Assembly (NCBI GenBank): GCA_002269645.1
Contig: NIVC01002482.1
Span: 62,001-126,000 of the forward strand
Direction: 5' to 3'
Source of the DNA: Macrostomum lignano
Lineage: Eukaryota
Length of the DNA: 64,000 bases
Part shown: in pieces, positions 34,724-47,634 of the stretch
Layout of the letters: every line of letters starts with the position of its first letter
How positions within the stretch are numbered: position 1 is the first letter of the stretch
The notes under the pieces: generated by a model
Told to the model about the DNA's origin: nothing
What the model saw: the letters and a program-made list of their open reading frames with translations, nothing else
Database searches by the model: none
Translations under genes and position numbers: made by a program

Positions 34724-37059
34724 GTTCTAATGAAAATGCTCGCAATCTCCTTTCTTTTACTTCTCATTATCAAGCGTGCTGTTCTACCAGAAGTTGACAT
34801 TATACACAGGTTTGCTAATTGCTAACAGACAGACCTGGGCTTAGGGCTAGATAAAGTCGAGTCAAATTTTACAATTCTCGACAATGACTGAATCACGTGA
34901 CCACGGGCGAGGGCCCGAGACGATCGATGATACTGATAGCTTTGCCGTGTCTGCATTAGTTAATTGCCGAAAGTGGGTCAGCCAAACAATTATTTAATAA
35001 TTAAAGTCCAACGATAGTCCACAGTCCAGTCCAGGCAGGGCCTGGGGGCCGTGGCCTTATCAACAGGCTGACAAAAATGGTCACTTTCACTCACAGCAGG
35101 TTTAGGTTTAAAAAAGTAGCACCATTGTTCCCAAATCCCAACCCAAATTTTCCTCAACGAACAACTGACTTGGCGCCACCGCTCCCCGTGGTGCTTGGTG
35201 GCGCCACTACGTTGGCGCCCCCAAAGATCCTAGGGGATTCCTTCCTAGCTTACAGAGCTTTAACAATCCTTATTCTAATTCCCAAGTCGTCGAACGATTC
35301 CCACCCAAATAAGTATTATATTAAAAAATCTTTGAAGTTTTTTTGTGAATGTGAATTTCTTAAACGATTTTTAAAAAATTAAGTGTTACGATGAAGCAAA
35401 TTTGTGGATATTAAGAATAAAGGAAATGCGAATGCACTTCTTAGCCAAGCTTCAAGGGGGTGGGGTGTGGGGGGAACGCACCCGCCCACCGCTACCGTCG
35501 CTTTATTTCCGATTCCGATGCGAATGGGGGGGGGCAGGCAGGATAGGGCAGGCAAATAAGAGAGTTTGGGGTCGGGTGAGAGACGGGCGGGAGTGAGCGA
35601 TTTCGGTGACTCACTAGGCCAGGCCACGGACCAGGGGTTTATAGTTTGTACGCTAAGCAAAACAAGCCCTTCTTTCCCTTCCGAAGCGAATTCACGGCCT
35701 GATAAGCCAGAGCAGGACAGTTTGAAAAACAAAGACCAAAGGGGAGGGCTGAATAAGCGCGCACAAGCGCGCAAACGCGGCTGTGACACAAGCGCGCAGA
35801 CAATTTTGACGGCAGTCACCTCAACAGATAATTCTGTGACCCATTGTGATTGACATTTAGGACCACAAAAGATGTACATCACCTGACAGACTAGCGCCCC
35901 TCTTTGTCTATCACACTTTCCACCCCTTTTCGCTTGAGCTGCCCTTACTTGAGGGGAGGGGCCAAATCATCAAAATAACCTTAAAACATCCACACCATAA
36001 ATCAACCGAGCTCAAGTGGCATTCAGATGCGGGCCTGTGCCAGAAAGGTACATTTGAATGCCCGCTTGTGTCACGTAGAGCAGTTCCAAAATGCGCGCGC
36101 TTAATCAAGCCCCCCCCCCGGAATTCGTATTGCCATTTGCAGACTGCCTGTCAATAAATGTTAAGAGTGCATTGTCTATCTGATATGCTACGACTGAGTA
36201 GCTTAAATTGGAAAATGTTTTGATGGGAAATTTCTAAATGGTATACATTACTAGGAGCCAGCATTTTGCAGTACTTCATTTAATGACATTTTTATCAATT
36301 AATTATGTACAAGTAGAGAAAAAAATCATAAGAATAAAGAATTAGATTCAAATCGAGGCTTTAGCTATTTTTGAAAATTTCACAAGTTCAATAATTCCAT
36401 ATGCCATACTGTCTACTTACGTAAGTAGAAAAGCATGTATTTAACTGTATTTTAAAACATCTGCCGTAATTTTGCAAAATTTTTACAAGTTCCCCTCGCT
36501 TTGTGTGAATGCGATGTAGAAAAACAAAAAACGTTTCATTATAAATGGAAAATAAGTTCAGGAAAATATTTGTTTGTTGGATTAAAAAACTACGAAGCAC
36601 TAAAGTCAAAAGCTTCCAACCACAACAGGTAACACAGTGGACGGAATGGAAGTACTTAAGAAAAAATTAAGACAATTACACTGTCGCTACAAAATGTCTG
36701 AATAATCAATAAAATGGAATGCATTTAATACTTATGCAACAATGGTTATTTGTTACAGATCTGGAATTAAAAAACTTGCGTAGCTTGCAACTCAATATCA
36801 AATAGAGTATGCCAAGCTAAATAAAAAGCTTACAAAATTACTTCACTTCCATCCGTACCGATCGTTTAATATTCGATTATAAACCAATAAAAGCATAGGA
36901 AGACACAAACAACACAAAATTCGGGGAAACACAAAACAGTATACCTAATTAATATATGTATTGATGATTACTTTTTCACTGAAATACGACAGAAAGTCAA
37001 ACTTTAAAACCCCTTGTAAACAGGATTTCTAAGGGTCACTACAAAAGGACCGGAGTAAT

Positions 37060-37800
37060 TACAGTGCTACCGGAGTCATCAAAGTGGTACCAGAGTCATC
37101 AAAGTGGTACCAGAGTCACTTAAGTGGTACCAGAGTCACTTAAGTGGTATTGAAGTCACTACAGTGCTACCGGAGTCATCAAAGTGGTACCAGAGTCACT
37201 TAAGTGGTATTGAAGTCACTACAGTGCTACCGGAGTCATCAAAGTGGTACCAGAGTCACTTAAGTGGTACCAGAGTCACTTAAGTGGTATTGAAGTCACT
37301 ACAGTGCTACCGGAGTCATCAAAGTGGTACCAGAGTCACTTAAGTGGTACCAGAGTCACTTAAGTGGTATTGAAGTCACTACAGTGCTACCGGAGTCATC
37401 AAAGTGGTACCAGAGTCACTTAAGTGGTACCAGAGTCACTTAAGTGGTATTGAAGTCACTACAGTGCTACCGGAGTCATCAAAGTGGTACCAGAGTCACT
37501 TAAGTGGTACCAGAGTCACTTAAGTGGTATTGAAGTCACTACAGTGCTACCGGAGTCATCAAAGTGGTACCAGAGTCACTTAAGTGGTACCAGAGTCACT
37601 TAAGTGGCACCAGAGTCACTTAAGTGGCACCAGAGTCACTTAAGTGGTACCAGAGTCACTTAAGTGGTACCAGAGTCACTTAAGTGGTACCAGAGTCACT
37701 TAAGTGGTACCAGAGTCACTTAAGTGGTATTGAAGTCACTACAGTGCTACCAGAGTCACTACAGCAGTACCGCAGTCACTACAGAGCTACTAGGGTGACT
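37060..37800. repeat. 20-bp minisatellite (AAGTGGTACCAGAGTCACTT)n with 60/80-bp higher-order units
   Basis: Direct tandem repeats with recurring variant units. Confidence 0.96.
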
Positions 37801-38148
37801 AAAGTGGTACGAAGTGATTACAGTACTGCTAAATTTCTGAAAAGTCACTAGAGAGCCGTTCTTTCTACTCCAGGAATCCAAAATTTCTGTTATTATTGAG
37901 TAGTCTCATCTGGCATCCTATATACAAAAACGCTTAAGTTTCCCGGTCTTGGCAGCACGTATATATGCAACCCTAGAACAGCAGGTGCCAGATTTTAAGA
38001 AAAATGTTTTGGAGATCTACTTCCAAGTAAAACTGGAAATTATATCTGACGTAAAAAAGCTCGACACTTCGAGCTTCGATTAATATGATTATGAAGTAAA
38101 AATAAGCAAAAGTTTCGAGTGAATAAGAAAATCTTTTCTCTAACGGAG

Positions 38149-40227
38149 TTAATCATGGTTCGCCGCTCTGCGCTTGTTACGCTTACTCGACTTTTTGGAT
38201 TTTCCGCCACTCTGCTTGAACACCTGATGATCCAACTGCTCGCTATATGACAGGTACACCGACTCCAGCGGCAGCTCTGCAAACTTATCTTCCATCTCCT
38301 TCTTCTCTTTCTCCTCGGCTTCGGCGGCCCGCTTGCGCATGTTGTTGCCTGAGTAGGCTATACCCTTCAGCTGCCACTCGCCTGTGGATTCGTTCCAAAT
38401 AATGTTCCGCTCAATGAGCTCCTGATACTCCCGAGGAATGCATTGGTCAATGATCAGCAACTGCTGGCGCAGATCTTTGCTTAGTTGGCGCACATTTTCC
38501 AGCAGGCCTTCCATCTCGCGTTGGTGAACCTCGTTGATTTCTACAAGCTCATCCTTCGTCTTTGTGTAAAGTTCCCAAACCTTTTTCAGCTTACGCGTCT
38601 TTCCTTCTTCCTCTTCGCCAAGACTGCGATAGCGATCCTCAATCTCAACTTTGGCCTGCTCTTTCTCTTTCAGCTGAGCGCGGAGTCGCTCCTCTTCCTT
38701 CTTGCGCTGTTGCAGCTCCAGATTTGTCTTTTCAAGTAGCTTCTCCTGCGCCTCAGATTTCTCCAGCAAGTTTTCACCGCCAACAATAAGCCGACCCATG
38801 AGGTTCTCCATCTTACGCTGCAGTGCAAGGCGATCCTTCATGTGCTCGTCCAGCTCCTGTTGCTTCGCTTGAAGTCTTTTAAGAGCGTCATTCTTTTCTT
38901 TTTCTGACAAGCGAGAGTCGCTTTCGAGTTTCTTCAAATCAGACTGAAGATTAATCTCAATTTTTTTTATCTCTTCGTCAGACAAGCCACGGAATTGATT
39001 GCGCTTTTTCCTCTCCTTGCCTTCTCCAACGACAACGTCTTCATCATCCTCGTCATCTTCATCATCTTCGTCTCCCTCTGGAATGCCGCCACCATCCTCC
39101 AACTGCTTCTTCAGATCCTCAATCTCCTTCTGGAACTGTCTCAGCATTGCGTCTTTCGGATCCTCATTGATCTTAGCATTGTTCTTGATGTTCTTTGCCC
39201 GATTTGCGTATCGTAACGTGCTCATAGTTTCGTCAAAGTTGTAGTCAGCTGGACCAAAGTTGGCGCACATTACGGTCTTGCTGTTGCCTCCAAGTGAGTC
39301 CTGAAGAAGGCGAGTGAGCTTGCTGTTGCGGTATGGAATGTGGGTACTCTTTCCATCGACAAGTGCAGAAATCACGTTGCCAAGGGTACTCAGCGACAAG
39401 TTGATCTTTGTGGCTTCCTTCAGTCTCACACCAGTGGCTCCGGTCTTTGCCTGACGCTCGCTGCCAGCCAAGTCTACAAGATGCAGCTTGCCTTGTCGGA
39501 GCATCGTTTTACCAGTCACTGCTTTTTCGGAACATTCCACCGTCACAGTGTAAATTGCATGAGAACGTGAGCTATGCTCGTTCATGTTCGTGGCTCCTAC
39601 AACACGATTCTTGTTTCCGACGGTCATCAGCTTGTCCATTTCGTCCGGACTGTGACACACAAAGCTGCACAGATCCTTCACGTACACTCCCACATCGGGC
39701 CGCTCTTTCACATCTAGTTTGGCTGTCTGATCCTTGCCCAGCAGGTCGCGCACCTCCTCGTTGTAGATCTCCAGATACGAGACCCGCACAAGAAAGGTCA
39801 CATTGGCTGTCGCCTTGCTGATGGCGCCGAAGATGTGAGCAAACGAGTTCGGGATGATGCCACGGAGCTCAGGTACGGTCCTGACGCCTTCCATCGTGAA
39901 AGTCTTGCCCGTTCCGGTCTGGCCATACGCGAATATCGTGCCATTGTAGCCTTCCAGAACGAAATCGACAATTCGTCTGGCCACTTTGTTATAAATGTCC
40001 ACCTGCTTGCTCTGCATGCCGAACACGTGATCGAATGTAAATGTCTTAGGCTCTCCCGCGTGACTGGCCATCCCTTCTTGGCGAACAACATTTGGCTCCG
40101 TGATTTCAACTGTTCCTCTGAGCTCGTCAATCTTCACAGTCACCTTGTTGCCTTCGGTGATCTCTTTTTGACTGAGTGGCCGGCACCTCACCACCACCTT
40201 GACGTTGTCTTCCTTTTCTTCCGACAT
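38149..40227 (-). CDS. KIF3A: Kinesin-2 motor subunit, KIF3A-like, copy 1 (692 aa, intronless CDS)
   Basis: [66 protein letters not shown], coiled-coil stalk and KIF3A-like tail. Confidence 0.95.
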   Translation of the reverse strand: MSEEKEDNVKVVVRCRPLSQKEITEGNKVTVKIDELRGTVEITEPNVVRQEGMASHAGEPKTFTFDHVFGMQSKQVDIYNKVARRIVDFVLEGYNGTIFAYGQTGTGKTFTMEGVRTVPELRGIIPNSFAHIFGAISKATANVTFLVRVSYLEIYNEEVRDLLGKDQTAKLDVKERPDVGVYVKDLCSFVCHSPDEMDKLMTVGNKNRVVGATNMNEHSSRSHAIYTVTVECSEKAVTGKTMLRQGKLHLVDLAGSERQAKTGATGVRLKEATKINLSLSTLGNVISALVDGKSTHIPYRNSKLTRLLQDSLGGNSKTVMCANFGPADYNFDETMSTLRYANRAKNIKNNAKINEDPKDAMLRQFQKEIEDLKKQLEDGGGIPEGDEDDEDDEDDEDVVVGEGKERKKRNQFRGLSDEEIKKIEINLQSDLKKLESDSRLSEKEKNDALKRLQAKQQELDEHMKDRLALQRKMENLMGRLIVGGENLLEKSEAQEKLLEKTNLELQQRKKEEERLRAQLKEKEQAKVEIEDRYRSLGEEEEGKTRKLKKVWELYTKTKDELVEINEVHQREMEGLLENVRQLSKDLRQQLLIIDQCIPREYQELIERNIIWNESTGEWQLKGIAYSGNNMRKRAAEAEEKEKKEMEDKFAELPLESVYLSYSEQLDHQVFKQSGGKSKKSSKRNKRRAANHD

Positions 40228-41137
40228 TGCTGGAAAGAGAAAAGGCGTTCTTATAGTAAAATATGGCTGCTACTTTAATAGTTGTTTAGGAGAAACTCTA
40301 AATGCAAATTGTTTGAAAGTTCTAATGCTAATAGCCTAATACACAGAATAACCTATTTTTACATTGTTTACAAATTTAGCCAAACGGAAATCGAAAATTA
40401 TACATAGAGAAGATTATTAACTTATTGATTTGAATTTATTTGCAAGTAAATTTTCTTACTACAATATAAACTCATGAATTGTATACTAGTAATATTAAAA
40501 AGTATCTGTTGTAAAAGAGTTTGTCATCTTCAAAGTTCACAAATGCATTAAAAATATGAGATAGTTCGATTAGGCCTCACTAGATAGGCTGGATAAAAAG
40601 CAGAAAGCACATTTGCGGAACAATCAAATACGGAATCAGTAAAGGTTTTCAAGCACTTCTTAAGGCGCAGTTTCAAATCCTTGTGATGTTCTGAAGGCCA
40701 ATCAGTACAAATAGCATAGTATTGTACTTAATTGCCTGAAAGCTAGAAAGTATAGCCAAGTAATTCTACATGTATCGCTTAATTGCGATAATCTCAAAAG
40801 CAAAATAGGTATTAAAATGGTTATTTTGCTGGCTTTAAATCCAAAGTTGAACACAGTAGCGTAAGATTTGTAAACAATCGTACTTATACACATATAAAGT
40901 ATCGTGGCAGAGAAAAACAGAGAATACCAGAGTGAGTTGGAGATACGAAGCTTCCTCAAAAGTATATTAGTTTTACAAATCGAGTGAACAATTTACCTAT
41001 GATGTATTTTTTTTAAAAACGGACAAAAACGAACTACAATAAAGTGAAAATAACGCTTCAAAACAAAACGCTTGTGCGTTGATCAGTATTTCTATATCGA
41101 AACCGCCGCGATTTTACCCAGGATAAATACAACTGAA

Positions 41138-42570
41138 TCACGGATTTAAAAACAGCACTGCCTGGCTGATTGCAGCTGGAATGGCACACAATCTCCAATG
41201 GAGACAGTCTGAGCTTCTCCAAACCAACTGATGGTGAAACTGGTCAAGCTCCCGTTCAGGTATGTTTGGATCGTGTTCTGGTCGGAGACGGCCAGCGAAG
41301 TGACGCTCAATTTCCAGCATCTGCTCATTAGAGAGGCTCTTAAACGCATGCTGCTTACAAACAGAACGCCCGTGTCTGTCTTCTTTACTCGTAGCAGCAG
41401 CGTCTGTAACATCGCAGTTCGTGCCTGAAATTCTGTCGCAACACTCCAGTTGACTTTTTAACTGTTCAATCTCCTTTTGGAACTGCCTCAGCATCGCGTG
41501 TTTTGGATCCTCGTTAATCTTGGCATTATTAGTGACTCTCTTTGCTCTACAGGCCAATCTTAACGTACTTATAGTCTCCTTATAGTTACAGTCAACTGGA
41601 CTGAAGTTGGCGCACATCAATGTCTTGCTGTTACCACCTAGTGAATCCTTAAGTATACGAGTGAGCTTGCTGTCGCGGTAGGGGATGTGGACACTTTTCC
41701 CATCAACGAGTGCTGATATCACTTTGCCAAAAGGACTCATAGACATGCCTATCTTAGAGGCCTCCTTCAGCCGCACGCCAGTGACTCCAGCGTTTGACTG
41801 ACGCTCGCTACCAGCAAAAACTACAAGATGCAGTTTGCCTTGAAGCACCACTATTTTACCATTTTGGCCTTGCTCTAAACACTCGATTGTTACTGTTAAC
41901 ACCCTGTTGGATCTAGAGCTTAGCCTGCCCATGCGTGTCGCATGAAACATTCGATTCCTTGCGCCATCGATTAAAAGTTGGTTTATTTCGTCCGGACTGT
42001 GACACACAAAGCTGCACAGATCCTTCACGTACACTCCCACATCGGGCCGCTCTTTCACTTCTAGTTTGGCTGTCTGATCCTTGCCCAGCAGGTCGCGCAC
42101 CTCCTCGTTGTAGATCTCCAGATACGAGACCCGCACAAGAAAGGTCACATTGGCCGTCGCCTTGCTGATGGCGCCGAAGATGTGAGCAAACGAGTTCGGG
42201 ATGATGCCACGAAGCTCAGGTACGGTCCTGACGCCTTCCATCGTGAAAGTCTTGCCCGTTCCGGTCTGGCCATACGCGAATATCGTGCCATTGTAGCCTT
42301 CCAAACGAAATCGACAATTCGTCTGGCCACTTTGTTATAAATGTCCACCTGCTTGCTCTGCATGCCGAACACGTGATCGAATGTAAATGTCTTAGGCTCT
42401 CCCGCGTGACTGGCCATTCCTTCTTGGCGAACAACATTTGGCTCCGTGATTTCAACTGTTCCTCTGAGCTCGTCAATTTTCACAGTCACCTTGTTGCCTT
42501 CGGTGATCTCTTTTTGACTGAGTGGCCGGCACCTCACCGCCACAATAAAATTATTTTCTTCTTCCGACAT
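41138..42570 (-). pseudogene. KIF3A: Chimeric, truncated, degenerate KIF3A-like copy 2 (1-bp deletion at ~42303)
   Basis: The 5' ~550 bp is nearly identical to copy 1. The 3' half is diverged, with altered switch I/II ([14 protein letters not shown]). It stops early in the stalk. It may be a functional paralog if the frameshift is an error. Confidence 0.75.
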
Positions 42571-43583
42571 TGGAAGCTTCTTGCAGAAGTAAAGGAAATT
42601 TTTAAAATAATTAAGGTTAACGAGATCAACCTACTTATTCCAAACGCCAATATTATGGTTTCCTAGAAAAAATGAAGTCTCGGAAACCCTAGCTCAGGGT
42701 TTCTAATGAACAACTATTCTAGAACTACTTTCACGGAGCATCAATTGGACTCGTCTCTAGACAGTCTAAGGCTAAAGCAAAGAGTTAAGAAAATTGTTAG
42801 CTTTTGACCCATGACTTAAAATACGTGCGTAGTAGCTAGTGACATACTTAAGTATATGTGCGTATTACAATTTGAACACTGAAAGTAAAAAAGTTAAACA
42901 AATTTAAAGTAAAGCTGTAGCATTAGCTAAAGTTCGAAGTAGTATTGTACACATACATTTAAAATAAATAAAGACGTTGTGACTTTAGGGATCATTTTTT
43001 AGCCTACAGTATATATATTTAAATAAAAACAATAAGACATAAGAAAACAGGTGCTAGGCAATTAAAGTTGTCAGAGATTCTCAGAGACTACTGAAGAGAT
43101 ATTTAGGGTAACTGTGAAAACATACTAAAGTCAAATATTGCAATGATTAGAGATAATATTATAAACATCATAAGATTTGTGAGAAAAACCAAAAATTGCA
43201 CGTCTGTATAACCATACTAAGTTGAATATAAAAAATAGAACGAATCTGTGACATAAAAGACGCAAACCGACATTGAGAAAGGCAGTAGAGTTCAAGTAAT
43301 TGCCTAGTGAACAAAAGCAGTCAGAAACATGCATGACACTGCATACATAATAAAACAGGTAAAACAGTGACTAGAGTAACAAGATTACTAAGTAGTGACC
43401 TAAAGAAACATTGATTACTGATAAATTTACCTGGGATACTTTTTTCTTTAAAAAAACAATTGCTTCATTAGAAACTGAGATTGTTAGGACACTCGTGTCA
43501 ATAGAACGATAGACAAATAAAGACTTGTTGATGTCCAAAACAGCAAATTAACTGTTACTAAACATGCAGAAAAGGCCACAATT

Positions 43584-45653
43584 TTATGCAGCAGATTTCT
43601 TTTTCCTACCGGCACTTTTAGCCGACTTTTTGCCTTTGGCGGACCGAGCGCTTGGCTTGAACACGGCACTGTCCAGCCGCTCACTATAGCGCAAGTACAC
43701 CGTCTCCAGCGGCGGCTCCGCAAACTTCTCCTCCAACTCTTTCTTCTCTTTCTCCTCCGCTTCAGCGGCTCGCTTGCGCATGTTATTGCCTGAGTAGGCC
43801 ACACCCTTGAGTTGCCACTCGCCGATGGCATCATTGTATACAACGTTGCTCTCGATGAGTTCCTGATATTCGCGCGGGATGCATTGGTCAATAGCGAGCA
43901 TCTGCAGGCGCAGATCTCTGCTCAGTTGTCGCACGTTTTCTAGCAAGCCTTCCATCTCGCGCTGGTGCTCTTCTTGCACGTCGGCTAGCTCAGACTTTGC
44001 TTCCATGTACACCTGCCAAAGACGCTTTAGCTTCCGCGTCTTAGCAGTGGCTTCTTCGTCCAGACTGCGGTAGCGATCTTCAATCTCGACCTTTGCTTGC
44101 TCCTTCTCTTTTAACTGCGTTCGAAGTCGCTCTTCCTCCCGGCGCCTAGCCTCCAACTCTTTTGCATTCTGTTCAAGAAGCCGCTCCTGTTCAGTCGCCT
44201 TCTCCAACAGGTTCTCGCCACCAACGATAAGACGCTTCTCCAGGTCCGACAGCTTCTGTTCAAGTGCCCGCTGCTCTTGACGGTGACGCGTGAGCTCGCG
44301 CTCCTGCGATTCCAGCTGCTGGCGAACGCGGTCGCGCTCCTCTTCAGCCATGTTTTGATCTTTTTCTAATCGACGGCGATCTGCGGCAATGCGCTGCTCG
44401 ATTTCCTGCATCTGGTCTTTAGAAAGGCTTTTAAGGGCGCGCCGCTTGCGAACTCGACGTTCTTGCCCGTCTTCGCCAACAACGACGTCCTCATCATCCT
44501 CGTCATCTTCATCATCTTCGTCTCCCTCTGGAATGCCGCCACCATCCTCCAACTGCTTCTTCAGATCCTCAATCTCCTTCTGGAACTGTCTCAGCATTGC
44601 ATCTTTAGGATCCTCATTGATCTTAGCATTGTTCTTGATGTTCTTCGCCCGATTTGCGTATCTCAAAGTACTGATTGTTTCATCAAAATTGTAGTCAGCT
44701 GGACCAAAGTTGGCGCACATTACGGTCTTGCTGTTGCCTCCAAGTGAGTCCTGAAGAAGGCGAGTGAGCTTGCTGTTACGGTATGGAATGTGGGTACTCT
44801 TTCCATCGACAAGTGCAGAAATCACGTTGCCAAGGGTACTCAGCGACAAGTTGATCTTTGTGGCTTCCTTCAGCCTCACACCAGTGGCTCCGGTCTTTGC
44901 CTGACGCTCGCTGCCAGCCAAGTCTACAAGATGCAGCTTGCCTTGTCGGAGCATCGTTTTACCAGTCACTGCTTTTTCGGAACATTCCACCGTCACAGTG
45001 TAAATTGCATGAGAACGTGAGCTATGCTCGTTCATGTTCGTGGCTCCTACAACACGGTTCTTGTTTCCGACGGTCATCAGCTTGTCCATTTCGTCCGGAC
45101 TGTGACACACAAAGCTGCACAGATCCTTCACGTACACTCCCACATCGGGCCGCTCCTTCACTTCTAGTCTGGCTGTCTGATCCTTGCCCAGCAGGTCGCG
45201 CACTTCCTCGTTGTAGATCTCCAGATACGAGACCCGCACAAGAAAGGTCACATTGGCTGTCGCCTTGCTGATTGCGCCGAAGATGTGAGCAAACGAGTTC
45301 GGGATGATGCCACGGAGCTCAGGTACGGTCCTGACGCCTTCCATCGTGAAAGTCTTGCCCGTTCCGGTCTGGCCATACGCGAATATCGTGCCATTGTAGC
45401 CTTCAATGACACAATCAACAATGGGCCTGGCCACTTTGTTATAAATGTCCACCTGTTTGCAGGTCATGCCGAAAACGATGTCAAAAGTGAATGTTTTCGG
45501 TGGCTCACTAGGCGGCCCGGCCGGGTTGGTGATCTCAATTGAGCCGCGCAGCTCATCAACTTTCACAATCACCTTGTTGCCGGCGTCCTTCTCCTTCTGA
45601 TTGATGGGGCGACAGCGCACCACCACGCGTACATTGTCGCCGGCATCGGCCAT
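43584..45653 (-). CDS. KIF3A: Kinesin-2 motor subunit, KIF3A-like, copy 3 (689 aa, intronless CDS)
   Basis: Same intact motor motifs as copy 1; N-terminus [11 protein letters not shown]...EPPKTFTFD closely matches KIF3A. Confidence 0.95.
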   Translation of the reverse strand: MADAGDNVRVVVRCRPINQKEKDAGNKVIVKVDELRGSIEITNPAGPPSEPPKTFTFDIVFGMTCKQVDIYNKVARPIVDCVIEGYNGTIFAYGQTGTGKTFTMEGVRTVPELRGIIPNSFAHIFGAISKATANVTFLVRVSYLEIYNEEVRDLLGKDQTARLEVKERPDVGVYVKDLCSFVCHSPDEMDKLMTVGNKNRVVGATNMNEHSSRSHAIYTVTVECSEKAVTGKTMLRQGKLHLVDLAGSERQAKTGATGVRLKEATKINLSLSTLGNVISALVDGKSTHIPYRNSKLTRLLQDSLGGNSKTVMCANFGPADYNFDETISTLRYANRAKNIKNNAKINEDPKDAMLRQFQKEIEDLKKQLEDGGGIPEGDEDDEDDEDDEDVVVGEDGQERRVRKRRALKSLSKDQMQEIEQRIAADRRRLEKDQNMAEEERDRVRQQLESQERELTRHRQEQRALEQKLSDLEKRLIVGGENLLEKATEQERLLEQNAKELEARRREEERLRTQLKEKEQAKVEIEDRYRSLDEEATAKTRKLKRLWQVYMEAKSELADVQEEHQREMEGLLENVRQLSRDLRLQMLAIDQCIPREYQELIESNVVYNDAIGEWQLKGVAYSGNNMRKRAAEAEEKEKKELEEKFAEPPLETVYLRYSERLDSAVFKPSARSAKGKKSAKSAGRKKKSAA

Positions 45654-46222
45654 CAGAGACTACTTTCTGGAAAGCGGAAGAATAGTGAAATATTTTAATA
45701 CGGCGTAAAAGCAACAGAGCAGAAAATCAAGCTACGATTTATCTTCATTAAAACGGAGGAGTGGAAGTATATGCATGAAGTACCATAGTAAAATCAACTA
45801 AGTTCTCCTAACTTTGTTTGAAAACGTCTTTTAAAAGCAAACTGAAGGTGGAGATGGATGCGGTAATGATTTTGATTTTAAGGCCTAGATTAGGCATGCC
45901 TACAATACAAGAGTACATACAGTCTGCCTTTTGAAAACTTTGCACGAGCGTAACTGTCCACAATGTGTAGAATTACAACAGTTTATTTAATTTTTTTCAA
46001 TTATACGCTTTATAGGCAAACGTGAGCATTTTATAAACCTAATGAGGCATGAAAACTGGTTATATTCTTACTATAATCAACCATTCGAATTTTAAATGCA
46101 ATGCGTCATATTGAAGGAGTTCCCAAGGCATCATTCGCGACATTTCTGCTGCTCACAGGCTTCTTTGTGTTGAATATCCCTGTGTAATCCAAAGTTCCCA
46201 CCGCCCACACTAAAGTCAATAA

Positions 46223-46974
46223 TTATTCCCGAGAGTTCATCAAGCTGACAAGAGACGCATCCAGATCGCCAGGATCGACCGTCCGCCACTCCGGCGCCAG
46301 CTGTGGCAGGCGCTCGGTCCGCCTGTGAATCTCCGGCCACAGCAGGTCGAACATTCGCTCAGCCCCGGCCGGGCCAAAGTGCAGCCCGTCGCAGAACAGC
46401 CCCCGCCAATCGCCGTCCAGCCCGTGCTCCAGAAAGCCGTCGTAGGTGTTGCAGAAAGTGGCGCCAGCAGCCTCGGCTGCCCGCCTGCAAGCGTCTCGAT
46501 AAGGCGGCACGTCTTCCAGCGTCTTGGTGCCGGGCGTGCCGAACCGCTCCTGGCAGCAGCGGTCCCACGCGTCGCCGTCAACTGGCGGCGGGGAGCAGAA
46601 AATCAACGCATCGCGGCTGAGCCCGGCTGGCCCAGTCAGGTAGTCAGCGAGGCGGACGAGCTCGGCCTCGTAGTCGGCGGTCGGCAGGTGCTGGGTGGTG
46701 CTGCCGGCACGGTTCGAGTCGTTAGCGCCCAGGAAGATGACAAAAGCAGCAACTGCAGTCTTCAGACTGTCGGCTGGGAACAGATCTGGCGCGATCAGCC
46801 TGCACCAGCGACTGTTGTAGCCCGAGAAGCCACGGTTGACGATGTCGCAGCGGCGGGCCAGGGAGTCAGCTATGCGAGCAACCCAGCCAGAGGTGCTGGA
46901 CCAGCCAAACTGGGTCAGTGAGTCACCAAGAAGGATCACACGAGGCAAAATGTGGGACGCCTGCAGAAGTTCAT
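46223..46974 (-). CDS. IAH1: SGNH/GDSL hydrolase, isoamyl-acetate-hydrolyzing esterase 1 homolog
   Basis: Blocks GDSLT, NRGFSGYNSRW, GANDS and DGLH. The start is unresolved: there is no in-frame genomic ATG, a splice acceptor at 46961 in phase 0, and an out-of-frame ATG at 46974. Confidence 0.9.
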
Positions 46975-47634
46975 ATTTTGATTGCCAATGTCAATAATTC
47001 TATTGGAAAGAAAACAAAAGGGAAAAATTAACAAGCAATGGTTTAAATTGTTTTATCCACCTAGCCATTTATAGATTATATTAGCAATGCTTTCTTATAT
47101 AAGTTTCTATTAGACAAAACAAAGAATCCTCTAGTAAAAACAAGAATTTTAAAGATGTGCATATATTAGAAGAAGGACAGGATCTGAGCAAAAATTGGAA
47201 TCCCAATCTTGCCAAAAAATTAATCCTATTCAACCTTTAGCCTATATATAGTAGGATATTTAGGTATAGCAGCTTGTAAGTAAGCATAAAAGTATAAAAA
47301 AGAAAACCAATAAAGTTTGCTTTAATAGTTAAATCCATCAGCAATATAGCTCATATTTTGGTTTGTCAAGGGCCATCTTCTGGGTCTTAGGGTCTAAGAT
47401 ATATTTTTCATGCATATATCAGATTATATAAGAAAACATTTCTATGAATATAGTCCAAAGGGCAAATCAAAGTGCTGATTGTCCAAAGAGAGTATATTAT
47501 AGATAGTTCATTTAGACAAGCATGTTGCAAATGTTTTTGCCTATACTTAGAATACCTTGAGTAAAAGACCCAGACCACTGTGAATAAACTAAATATAAAG
47601 ACTTGGTTTCTAGTTTTTGATATAGATTGATTCC

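Noticed and set aside
38149-45653. Kinesin-based meiotic drive cluster (maize Kindr analogy) acting on nearby satellites
   Set aside because: These are plus-end kinesin-2 (KIF3A) genes, not kinesin-14, and nothing in the sequence links them to the repeats.
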